A stretch of DNA of 62,929 nt, counting the filler, from Theionarchaea archaeon (GTDB taxonomy: Archaea; Methanobacteriota_B; Thermococci; Methanofastidiosales; SZ-28-30): assembly GCA_018992565.1 (NCBI GenBank). It is 6 parts of 6 records of this genome, joined end to end, with 100 filler letters (N's around TTAATTAATTAA, not from the genome) between each part and the next. Parts side by side here need not be neighbours in the genome. Positions count along the whole stretch, not along the records: positions 25,127 to 37,294 come from JACVGW010000080.1; positions 37,395 to 49,032 come from JACVGW010000082.1; 4 more parts are not named here. The stretch is one strand, 5' to 3'. Position numbers and translations under genes: made by a program. The notes below the pieces were generated by a model. That model saw only the letters and a list, made by a program, of their open reading frames with translations. It did not search any database and was not told the origin of the DNA. Shown one piece after another: positions 30,865 through 39,893 of this stretch; within the stretch, counting starts at the first letter, position 1; each line of letters begins with the position of its first letter.

Positions 30865-31386
30865 ATGACAGTAAATCTAAAAGATGAAAAGCGTAAGCAT
30901 ATACTGGAATTGCTCCTGGAGGATGGCACTCGCTCATACTCTACCATCGCCCAGATCCTAGGTATGCATCACAGCACAGTCAAGAAGTACATAGCTGAGC
31001 TTGAAGAATCTGGTATCATTCTAGGGTACAGTGCAGATGTTGCTTTTGAAAGAATAGCTGAAATGTATATCGTCCTTTTCAGGTGCGATCCCTTTACCAA
31101 AGAAGATTATGAACTGCTGCGGGAAAGATTGGAAAAAAAGGCAGCAGAAACTGAAGAATTGAAGGTTCTGGATTACTTTTTCACTGTGGGTGAGTTCCAG
31201 ACTTCAGTGGTCCTCATGACCACCAACGTCTTTTCTCTCCATCGCTATCTCAACTTCCTCATAAGCAGCTACAACTACCTCAGGTCGTACGTCGTGCTCC
31301 AGGTATCCAGAACTAATCAGCGAAACCTTCATCCCAACATGGATTGGCAAGGATTGGAAAAATTGGCCGATTTTGAAGGATGTTAG
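30865..31386 (+). CDS. Lrp/AsnC family transcriptional regulator (tandem copy 1)
   Basis: ILELLLEDGTRSYSTIAQILG..STV..LEESGII HTH followed by a RAM domain. Confidence 0.88.
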   Translation: MTVNLKDEKRKHILELLLEDGTRSYSTIAQILGMHHSTVKKYIAELEESGIILGYSADVAFERIAEMYIVLFRCDPFTKEDYELLRERLEKKAAETEELKVLDYFFTVGEFQTSVVLMTTNVFSLHRYLNFLISSYNYLRSYVVLQVSRTNQRNLHPNMDWQGLEKLADFEGC

Positions 31387-31408
31387 CCCCTTTTGGAGGG
31401 GATCTTTC

Positions 31409-31930
31409 ATGATAGTCAACCAAAAAGATGAAAAACAAAAGAAAATACTTGAGGAACTGCTCCAGGAAGGCAGCCAACCGTATACGTCTATTGCAGACAA
31501 TCTGGGTATGCACCACAGCACAGTCAAGAAGTATATCACAGAGTATGAGGAATCAGGTATCATACTGGGATGCAGCGCAGATGTGGCCTTCGAAAGAATG
31601 TCTGAGTTATATATTGTCCTTTTCAGGTGCAATCCTTTTACCAAAAGAGATGCCAAGTTCCTGAAAGAGAGACTCAAGAAAAAGATGATTGATGCAGAAG
31701 ATCTCAAGGTACTGGATTGCTTCTTCACTGTGGGTGAATTTCAAACCTATATCTTGCTGACAGCAGAAGATGTCCTTACTGTACACCGCTATCTCAATTT
31801 CCTCATCAATAGCTATGATTACCTCGCTTCCTATGTAGTACTCCAGGTATCCAGAACAAATGAAAGAAACCTTCATATCAACAAGGATTGGAGGGGGCTG
31901 GAAAGACTGGTTGATTTCAAAGAGCTTTGA
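31409..31930 (+). CDS. Lrp/AsnC family transcriptional regulator (tandem copy 2)
   Basis: Close paralogue of the preceding gene along its whole length. Confidence 0.88.
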   Translation: MIVNQKDEKQKKILEELLQEGSQPYTSIADNLGMHHSTVKKYITEYEESGIILGCSADVAFERMSELYIVLFRCNPFTKRDAKFLKERLKKKMIDAEDLKVLDCFFTVGEFQTYILLTAEDVLTVHRYLNFLINSYDYLASYVVLQVSRTNERNLHINKDWRGLERLVDFKEL

Positions 31931-31932
31931 TA

Positions 31933-32949
31933 CTACTTATATTTCTCTTTTACATATTTCTCTACATATTCCTTATATAATGATTGTGCCTTCTTTGCAT
32001 CATTCGTACCCTTTATGACAGCCCGTCCATCTGGAAAGATGCTGAAAGTCTCTGCGTCACGAGTGAAAAAGAGAATGTGAGGGGTCTTTCTCACAGTACC
32101 CCTGGACGAGAGGGAATCTGCCAGGTCATCAAGAGAAAGTGACATCTCATAGGGTGGCGAGAGGTGAACTGCATTTCTCCCGCAGACTACTGCGGCATCT
32201 AGTGCACGTCCCTCAAGGTACTCATAGGTATGATCCACACAGCAGGGACAGCTCTTTCTCTGGGAAACCTCGATAGTACGGAAGTCTCTCTCCCACACAT
32301 CCATCACCAGAAGACGAGAATCAAGCTGCCCACTTACCAGGTATTTTATGGCCTCTGTAGACTGCATGGAGCTCACCACGGTGGGCAGGGTGTTGATAAT
32401 ACCTACTGTATCACAGGTTGGAATACTATCAGGAGGGGGAATCTGCGGGAATAGACAGCGCAGACAGGGTCCTTCAGGCAGGATACTCATGCTCATCCCG
32501 TGGACGGCCACACATGCGCCAAAAATCAGGGGCGTCTTATTCTTGTTGCAGGCATCATTGAGCAGAAACCTCACGTCCAGGTTATCAGTTCCGTCCAGGA
32601 CAAGATCCCTGTTCTTGATGTAGTGCTCCACATTCCTGCAGGTAACATCATCCACAACGCCTGTAATGGAGATGTCTGAATTGACAGCTTTCAGCCTGGC
32701 CTCTGTAATTTCTGCCTTGGGTTCTCCCACGTCCGCTTCAGTGAAGAGATGCTGCCTTTGTAGGTTAGAAAGCTCAATAAAATCTCTGTCCACCACCAGG
32801 ATGTCGCCCACTCCTGCCCGGGTGAGATGTTCTGCAATAGATGAGCCCAATGCACCACATCCTACTACGACAACTGATGAATCCTCAAGTGCTTGTTGCC
32901 CTCCCTCTCCTATCTGAGAGAGAAGCACCTGCCGTGCATATCGATCCAT
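31933..32949 (-). CDS. ThiF/MoeB/E1-like adenylyltransferase
   Basis: RYARQ, VVGCGALGS, DRDFIELSNLQRQ, DGTDN, PCLRC and CPCC. Confidence 0.92.
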   Translation of the reverse strand: MDRYARQVLLSQIGEGGQQALEDSSVVVVGCGALGSSIAEHLTRAGVGDILVVDRDFIELSNLQRQHLFTEADVGEPKAEITEARLKAVNSDISITGVVDDVTCRNVEHYIKNRDLVLDGTDNLDVRFLLNDACNKNKTPLIFGACVAVHGMSMSILPEGPCLRCLFPQIPPPDSIPTCDTVGIINTLPTVVSSMQSTEAIKYLVSGQLDSRLLVMDVWERDFRTIEVSQRKSCPCCVDHTYEYLEGRALDAAVVCGRNAVHLSPPYEMSLSLDDLADSLSSRGTVRKTPHILFFTRDAETFSIFPDGRAVIKGTNDAKKAQSLYKEYVEKYVKEKYK

Positions 32950-33026
32950 AGATGAGATGGCACGGCCAGAAATATAAGAGTTCTGGTTCATGGACAATCT
33001 CGAACTTCCCGCTCAGGATATAGAAC

Positions 33027-34620
33027 CTACGAGTAGTGCACGCGTATCATGTCCGTCACCTGTGATATATCCTCCACCGTCTCAAGATCCCACACTAATT
33101 CAGCCAGGGTTCGCGCATGAGAAGAACCCAGCCGGGAGCTGACAAGCCCAAGAAACTTCTTTTCCACTTCTGCATCGCTCATCTCGTTGTGGGGGTCTCC
33201 TTTTGGACAGGTAACGAGCTCAGTGTACACCTTTCCATCAACTGTCTTAATTTCCACCAGCGCGGGGTTTGCTCGTTCAGTCTTGGATTCAAAGTACTGC
33301 CTGTTCAATTCCTCATCAGTGATTATTTCCACTTTCNNNNNNNNNNNNNNNNNNNNNNNNNNNNNNNNNNNNNNNNNNNNNNNNNNNNNNNNNNNNNNNN
33401 NNNNNNNNNNNNNNNNNNNNNNNNNNNNNNNNNNNNTCAACTGTCTTAATTTCCACCAGCGCGGGGTTTGCTCGTTCAGTCTTGGATTCAAAGTACTGCC
33501 TGTTCAATTCCTCATCAGTGATTATTTCCACTTTCTGGCACAGGTCCCGCACCTTCTCATTCTCTCTTGTTTCAGGAAGATGCCACTCCACACCTGGAGG
33601 AACATCCAGAATGACCATGGCAGCACTATAAGGAAGAGAAAACTCCGCATCCACCATGGAGACCGGCGTGTGATCATCAAGGTTAAAATCGTTGATTACC
33701 AGCGAGGTCCGAATAGTAACTGAAGCAATATCATCTGCGTTGAGGGAATGAGTCGTTACAATTGAACGTATTCCATCCAGGGCGGGATGTGTCCACCTGC
33801 ACGAGGGGTATGGTTTGAAAGAATCTCCCAGAATGTAGTAATCTACTCCCAGGTCCCGCGTGAATGCCTCAAAGTCACATCGATCTGATCCTGCGCAGAT
33901 CCAGTACCCATGCTCACCAGAAAGTATGTCTCTGGGCCCGTAAAATCCCGACTGACACAGCAGTACGCTGAAGCATCCAGCAAGAGTACACCACCAGTAC
34001 TTCCCTTTCAGCTGGGAGGCAGGACGTTCCAAGAACTTGTAGATAGCTGGAATAGGGGAGAGATCGCCTGCCATGTTGAGAACCTTTCCCAGATCGCTGG
34101 CCCTCAAGGTGAAGAGAGCCCCTGCAGCAGCAGCTGCCCCAAATGTATGGTTAATCTCAATGCTGGGACTGGCAATCTGTTTAAACCGAGCTGGAGAAGG
34201 TGCTATAGCCAGTCCAATACGAGACTGAATTTCATATGCACCCACGACAGCTCTGATGACTGCCTTTCCTGAAGCTGCCGTGAATTCTCCGGCTGCCAGA
34301 GCTGCGGGGACAATAGTGGCACTCTCATGACCGGTAAGAGTCTGCTCATAATCCAGGAGATCGGCCAGATAACTGTTCCCCATAGCTGCAAAAATCCAGG
34401 AGCGTTTTTCTTTTTCACCAATGAGTGTGGCCTGGGATGTACCCTCCAGCGATGTAACCAGGCTGATGAAGGATGCTCCCAGACCAGTCTCATAACCACC
34501 CATCATACATCCCAGAGAATCGAGGATGACTCTCTTGGCCTGATGAATCACATCTTCAGGGAGTTCGTCAAACGTCAGGCCCGCCAGAAACTCTCCCAGA
34601 GTATCTGATATTGTGTTCGT
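33027..34620 (-). CDS. MmgE/PrpD family protein (a spurious gap duplicates 99 nt)
   Basis: AKRVILDSLGC, HESATIVPAALA, FKPYPSCRWTH, AEFSLPY and PKGDP..M..VEKKF. The frame extends upstream to about 34620. Confidence 0.88.
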
Positions 34621-34642
34621 TAACTCACCTTCTCGTCATGCC

Positions 34643-35695
34643 TCACTTCAGGACTTTCTTGAACACCCGAAGGTAGTTACCTCCCAGTATCTTTGTAATG
34701 TCCTGGTCTGAGTATCCTCTGGTAAGCAGTCCATTGACAAAATTGGGCAATTTGGTGACGTCTTCCAATCCCTGTGTCTTGGGTTTCTCCTCAATATCAG
34801 GCCCGACTTCATCTGCACTCCACTGGATATAATCTGCAAAGTCGGCTCCCCATCCTACATGGTCCACCCCTACCAGGTTGACAGCATGGTCTACATGATC
34901 GAGAACTCGCTCAACGCTGGGAGCATTCTCATCCACAATAGCAGGATAGAAACATACTCCCATGACGCCGCCATTCTCTGCCAGTACGTGGATCTGTTCA
35001 TCTGAGATACACCGTTCAAAGTCAAATACAGCCTTGCAATTAGTGTGTGACACAATAACAGGGTCTTTTGCTATGTCCATGACGTCAAAGTAGCTTTTTT
35101 CAGCTATGTGGGCAAGGTCTATCACCATTCCCAGGCGGTTCATTTCTTTAACCAGTTCTCCACCAAAGTTGGTCAATCCACCATTAGCCCTGGCTTCTCC
35201 TACACCATCGGCCACCTGGTTTCGCTGCTGCCAGGTGAACCCGACGTGCCGTAGTCCAATCTTGTAGAAGAAGTGCAGTCTACTCATGTCAGGGGGCTTC
35301 TTGCTGGGCCACACCACATCGGAAGCCACTGGTTCTGCTCCTTCCATTCCCAGGAGGGCAGCATGGCTGCCTTCTTTTTTTGCTTTCACAAAGTCATCAG
35401 CAGTGTAGCACAACCTGATCTTTCCCTTTGCCTCCTCAATCTCCAGGAAGAGCGAGTCTGCCAGTCTGATAGCCCGTTTCAGGGCCATGTCAGGCTTGTA
35501 GAGTGCTTCCACATAAATAGCAAAGATCTGTCCGTCACATCCTCCCTGGTTCAGCCGCTTGAGATGCCGGGTGGCAATGACTGCTGTTTCTCCCTGGTCT
35601 CTTTTAGCTATAACATCATTGAGCATATCAGAGTGGCCATCAATGACGATTGCCTTCTCCAAAATGCTCTGAACGTGATCATGTTGGTTGCTCAT
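34643..35695 (-). CDS. M19 membrane-type (renal) dipeptidase
   Basis: IDGHSD, MEGAEP, GGLTNFG..EMNRLGMVIDLAH, SHTN, GADF and KILGGN. Confidence 0.93.
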   Translation of the reverse strand: MSNQHDHVQSILEKAIVIDGHSDMLNDVIAKRDQGETAVIATRHLKRLNQGGCDGQIFAIYVEALYKPDMALKRAIRLADSLFLEIEEAKGKIRLCYTADDFVKAKKEGSHAALLGMEGAEPVASDVVWPSKKPPDMSRLHFFYKIGLRHVGFTWQQRNQVADGVGEARANGGLTNFGGELVKEMNRLGMVIDLAHIAEKSYFDVMDIAKDPVIVSHTNCKAVFDFERCISDEQIHVLAENGGVMGVCFYPAIVDENAPSVERVLDHVDHAVNLVGVDHVGWGADFADYIQWSADEVGPDIEEKPKTQGLEDVTKLPNFVNGLLTRGYSDQDITKILGGNYLRVFKKVLK

Positions 35696-35705
35696 AATCT
35701 CACCT

Positions 35706-36818
35706 TCAGCCTGAAAGCCTTTTTTTGTAAGCCGCAAGAAGTTCTTTCGCTCGTTTTCCACTTTCTTCGAGAGTCATGGATTCACAGTAGTAGCCCAGAA
35801 TCTCATCCATAATCTCCACCGTCTTCTTGGGGAATACTACAGTCCCGTCATCCAGTACCTTTTCAATGCCGTCGCGTCTTTGAGATTCCTCATTGATCTT
35901 GACTGCGTCCTCCAGAGTAATATCCTCTGGCAGTTCCACCTGGGCTTTCCCTCCACCAATGCGTACAGGGTATCCGCCAGGGAGGCCCATGGGACCAGGG
36001 GCATAGGTCAATTCATGCGTGTCATTAAGGAGATGGAGCGCATCTTTTATGGCAGAGGCTGCCACGATGAAGTGGTCCTGCACTCCCTTTGGCATATACG
36101 TGTTGGCTCTCAGAAGAAGATCATCTGTGTCAAGCTGGTCTGTGACATCCTTCCAGTCCACGAACACGCGCAGGTAGTACGGCGTCTCCAGGGTGGAACG
36201 ATACGAATTTAACACATGACACAGGTAATGGTGTCCTACCAGATACACTGAGACACTCCTCATAGACACCTGAAACACATCTGCAACAATTTTCTGGATT
36301 TCCGGCACAAACAAGTCACAATTCCCAATACCCACAGTGGGGGCCAGTCCAGCCTTTCCCAGGATGTGATTAATAGCATCTGGGAAAGAGCAGTTGACCA
36401 CTGGAGGAGAACACCCTGCCTTCTTCACTGCCTTCATTAAGTTATATGTCAGGGTAATGTGAAGCGGAAGCCACGCTCCGAATCCGGCCTCATCCAGCTT
36501 TTTGAAGTCAATATTCTTAGCTGCAACTTCAGGCGCCCACCAGGTCAGGAGCGTCACAGCGGAAATAATCACTCCAGGGTTGACTCTCTCAATGTATGAC
36601 GCTGTGGCATCAATATCATTGAGATCAACCTTCTCAAACTCAATAGAAGGATAGAATCCCTGGTGAGCCGCTCCCGCCCGCGCGCTGTAGATTTTGCGCA
36701 GAGAAGCCTCCTCATTAATATCTGCAGCATAAATGTGAGAAATCTCAGGAGACCGACACAAAAGTTCCAGAGCATGTTCTCCAATATCTCCCAATCCGAC
36801 AATCATAACAGAATTCAT
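35706..36818 (-). CDS. NAD(P)-binding Rossmann oxidoreductase (saccharopine-dehydrogenase-like N-terminus)
   Basis: VMIVGLGDIG and AADIN, with a C-terminal APGPMGLPGGYPV. Confidence 0.65.
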   Translation of the reverse strand: MNSVMIVGLGDIGEHALELLCRSPEISHIYAADINEEASLRKIYSARAGAAHQGFYPSIEFEKVDLNDIDATASYIERVNPGVIISAVTLLTWWAPEVAAKNIDFKKLDEAGFGAWLPLHITLTYNLMKAVKKAGCSPPVVNCSFPDAINHILGKAGLAPTVGIGNCDLFVPEIQKIVADVFQVSMRSVSVYLVGHHYLCHVLNSYRSTLETPYYLRVFVDWKDVTDQLDTDDLLLRANTYMPKGVQDHFIVAASAIKDALHLLNDTHELTYAPGPMGLPGGYPVRIGGGKAQVELPEDITLEDAVKINEESQRRDGIEKVLDDGTVVFPKKTVEIMDEILGYYCESMTLEESGKRAKELLAAYKKRLSG

Positions 36819-36820
36819 AG

Positions 36821-37294
36821 TTATCCTCCTACCAGACTTTTGACCTGTGCAGTAACATACTGAATTTCTTCCTCAGTGAGTTCAGGGAAGAGAGGAAGAG
36901 AAAGGATCTGTTTGCATTTCATTTCAGCTACGGGGAATGAACCTTCTTTGAGCCCCATGTACGAATATGCTTCCTGCAAGTGAATAGGTACCCTGTACAG
37001 GACAGCAGTGTGAATTCCTTTGTCAAGAAGAGCTTTCTCCAAAGCATCCCTGCCTTTCACTTTGATGCAGTAATCCCAGTACACGTGGCGAGCGTATTCT
37101 TTCTCCACAGGTACTTCAACAGCTGTTCCGGAAAGCCCTTTGTTGTACTCCATACTGATCTCTCGTTTCCTGTCAGTCCACCTGTCCAGGTACTTGAGTT
37201 TCAGCCGCAGTATTGCAGCCTGCAGTTCATCGAGCCTGCTATTGTATCCAATGAGCCGGTGAACATACGTTTGTTTGTACTCTTTCTCAATTCT
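36821..37294 (-). CDS. DegT/DnrJ/EryC1/StrS PLP aminotransferase, C-terminal part
   Basis: IGYNSRLDELQAAILRLKL, PIHLQEAY and LSLPLFPEL. Confidence 0.9.
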   Translation of the reverse strand, partial: RIEKEYKQTYVHRLIGYNSRLDELQAAILRLKLKYLDRWTDRKREISMEYNKGLSGTAVEVPVEKEYARHVYWDYCIKVKGRDALEKALLDKGIHTAVLYRVPIHLQEAYSYMGLKEGSFPVAEMKCKQILSLPLFPELTEEEIQYVTAQVKSLVGG

Positions 37295-37414
37295 NNNNNN
37301 NNNNNNNNNNNNNNNNNNNNNNNNNNNNNNNNNNNNNNTTAATTAATTAANNNNNNNNNNNNNNNNNNNNNNNNNNNNNNNNNNNNNNNNNNNNACCCTT
37401 GGCAATTGTCATGC

Positions 37415-38995
37415 ATGGACATTTCCCAGATTCTCCAGAACGGGGAAACTTCCAATATTGAGTTCAAATCCACGCTTACAAGTGAGCATCTGGAAAAAGA
37501 CAGAATTGAACGACTCGTGGCCCAGATGAGATATCGCCTGGATTCTGGAAAAGGAACTGCCTTCTACATTCTGGGAGTGTACGATGACGGCACTCCCTGC
37601 GAGGCTACTGAAAAGCAATTGCAGCAGACATTGGACATTATCCGCACCGCAGCCAGAGAAGCAGATGCTCGAGTAACAAGGGTGGAGACTTTCAATGAAA
37701 GAGGTCACCTCCTGAGAGTCACCATCCAGCAGGAGGGAAAAGACAGGAAAAAACACTTAATCGTGGGCACCATCGGTCACGTTGACCACGGAAAGTCAAC
37801 GTTACTGGGCAGTCTGACCACAGGGTACCCCGATGACGGGAGAGGAAAAACCCGCATGTTCTCAGACTTCCTCCCACATGAAATTGAGCGCGGACTCTCT
37901 GCTGAACTCTCTCACCTCATCTATGGGTTCAGTCAGAACGGTGAGGTCCTGCATATGAGAAACCCCCTGGACAAGAAGGAAATGGCCCAGCTCATTGACC
38001 AGTGCTACAAGTTCATATCCTTTGTTGACTGTCCCGGCCATGCTCCCTGGCTGAAGACTACTATCAGAGGAGTCCTGGGACAGAAAATAGACTACGCCCT
38101 CTTAACAGTGGCAGCCGAAGATGGCGTCACCCCCATAACCAAGGAGCATCTGGGGATTGCCTTCGGAATGAAATACTCTGTCCTGGTGGCTATTACCATG
38201 GTTGACAAGGTATCAGAAGAGAAAGTGAAAGCAGTGGAAGAGGAGTTGTTCCGCCTGGTGCGGAGTGTCGGTCACATACCCTACAGGATCAAAGAGAAAG
38301 AGGATGTTACCCTGGTAGCAGATAAGGTCTCAGATGGAATTCTGGTGCCTATCTTGAGAACGTCTGCTGTCACTATGAAGGGGTTGGACCTCTTGAGTCA
38401 TCTCTTATTCAAGCTGCCGTCTACAGCTACAGAAGAAGAATTCAGGAGACCCTTCCTGCTGTATATTGACAAAGTGTTTTCAGTGAGAGGAGTGGGAACA
38501 GTCATCACGGGCACTGTCAACGAGGGTCTGGTCAAGAAAGGGCAGGACCTGTTCCTGGGCCCTGTGAAAGGTGAGTTCAAGAAGGCACGGGCGCTTTCAA
38601 TTATGGAGCATCACTATCTCATGAATCAGGCGACAGTTGGGGACCTGATAGGAATTGCAATTAAAGGAGTGAAGTTCGATGACATAAAGAGAGGCATGGT
38701 GGCCACTGATGCCACTTCTCTGAGATGTGCCAGAGAATTCGAGGCAGAGGTGATTATACTCAACCACCCCACTCGAATAAAGGAGGGATATGAACCTATC
38801 ATTCATTTAAAGACTATCTCTGAGAGTGCAAAGTTTTTGGAGATCTATGACAAAGAGTTTCTATGTACAGGGGACATGGCAAGCGTACGGGTAAGGTTCA
38901 AGTATGATTCACACTTCATTAGAGAAGGAGACCAGTTTCTTTTCAGAGAAAGCAGGTCCAAAGGACTGGGCGGGATAACCCGGATCTGTGACTAG
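37415..38995 (+). CDS. Archaeal GTPBP1-family translational GTPase with an N-terminal AlbA/Schlafen-like domain
   Basis: GETSNIEFK N-terminal domain, GHVDHGKST, HEIERGLS, DCPGH and EF-Tu-like domains II/III. Confidence 0.88.
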   Translation: MDISQILQNGETSNIEFKSTLTSEHLEKDRIERLVAQMRYRLDSGKGTAFYILGVYDDGTPCEATEKQLQQTLDIIRTAAREADARVTRVETFNERGHLLRVTIQQEGKDRKKHLIVGTIGHVDHGKSTLLGSLTTGYPDDGRGKTRMFSDFLPHEIERGLSAELSHLIYGFSQNGEVLHMRNPLDKKEMAQLIDQCYKFISFVDCPGHAPWLKTTIRGVLGQKIDYALLTVAAEDGVTPITKEHLGIAFGMKYSVLVAITMVDKVSEEKVKAVEEELFRLVRSVGHIPYRIKEKEDVTLVADKVSDGILVPILRTSAVTMKGLDLLSHLLFKLPSTATEEEFRRPFLLYIDKVFSVRGVGTVITGTVNEGLVKKGQDLFLGPVKGEFKKARALSIMEHHYLMNQATVGDLIGIAIKGVKFDDIKRGMVATDATSLRCAREFEAEVIILNHPTRIKEGYEPIIHLKTISESAKFLEIYDKEFLCTGDMASVRVRFKYDSHFIREGDQFLFRESRSKGLGGITRICD

Positions 38996-39834
38996 TGGGT
39001 TTGAGCATGAACAAAGGTATGGTACTGGCAGGGACTGCAGGGGTCCTGTGGGGGACTATTCCCCTGGCTGTGAAGCAGGTGTATGCCACTGGATCTGCAA
39101 CTGCTCTGGAAATGAGTTTTTTCAGATTTGTCATTGCTGCAGTACTTGTTGGTGGATTGGCCAGGACAAAAAAGCAGCCAATCCTTCTGAGGAACAAATG
39201 GTCTGTACTCATGGGATTCTGGGGAGTCTTCTGGATGTCGTTCATCAGTTTCTATGGTATCAACTACACATCTGCTGTTAATGCTACCATTCTGTTTAAT
39301 TCCAATCCGTTACTGGTGGCGGTGTTGGTTATGGGGTTACGGTGGGAAACGGTGACTGCAAGGACACTGGCGGGAGTAGTCCTGGGCATTGCAGGTGTGG
39401 TGGTAGTTTCAGGGCTGAGAGCTGATATACACCTCCTTGGAGACCTCCTGGTGTTGATAGGTGCCTTCGGCTGGGCAGTGTACACAGTCCTGGGATATAA
39501 GCTGAAAGAGCATTCCAGTCTCACGGTGACATCAAGCAGTCTTTTCTGGGGTCTTCCCTTCTTCATGACATTCTTCAGAGAAGTACCAGCTATTTCGAAT
39601 GTTGGTTGGCTGTGGATCCTGTATATTGGGCTGATACCTACTGCTTTTGCCTTTGCTTGCTACATCAAAGCTGTAGACCTGATAGGATCAACTCATGCAG
39701 CTGTATTTCAATACCTGGCTCCTGTGGTGGCAGTGATTGTATCAGTTGCCTGTGGACTGGAAGAAGTGACACTCCTGCAGGTGGCAGGTGTTGTGATGAT
39801 AATTGGGGGAATAGAGCTGGTGAGGAGCCAGTGA
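38995..39834 (+). CDS. EamA/DMT family transporter
   Basis: Two EamA repeats (LWG..FFRF; GDLLVL..GWAVYTV). Confidence 0.9.
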   Translation: MGLSMNKGMVLAGTAGVLWGTIPLAVKQVYATGSATALEMSFFRFVIAAVLVGGLARTKKQPILLRNKWSVLMGFWGVFWMSFISFYGINYTSAVNATILFNSNPLLVAVLVMGLRWETVTARTLAGVVLGIAGVVVVSGLRADIHLLGDLLVLIGAFGWAVYTVLGYKLKEHSSLTVTSSSLFWGLPFFMTFFREVPAISNVGWLWILYIGLIPTAFAFACYIKAVDLIGSTHAAVFQYLAPVVAVIVSVACGLEEVTLLQVAGVVMIIGGIELVRSQ

Positions 39835-39893
39835 ACAGAAGGCTGATCCTATAATTTTCAGTGTGATATACTCATAAGAAGGGTCTCAAACGC

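Noticed and set aside
31933..32949. ThiF protein as the E1-like partner of YcaO
   Set aside because: It is on a different contig and looks like an ordinary MoeB/ThiF adenylyltransferase.
33238..33535. 99-nt direct repeat inside the PrpD gene
   Set aside because: The identical copies flank the N gap exactly, so this is an unmerged scaffold overlap.
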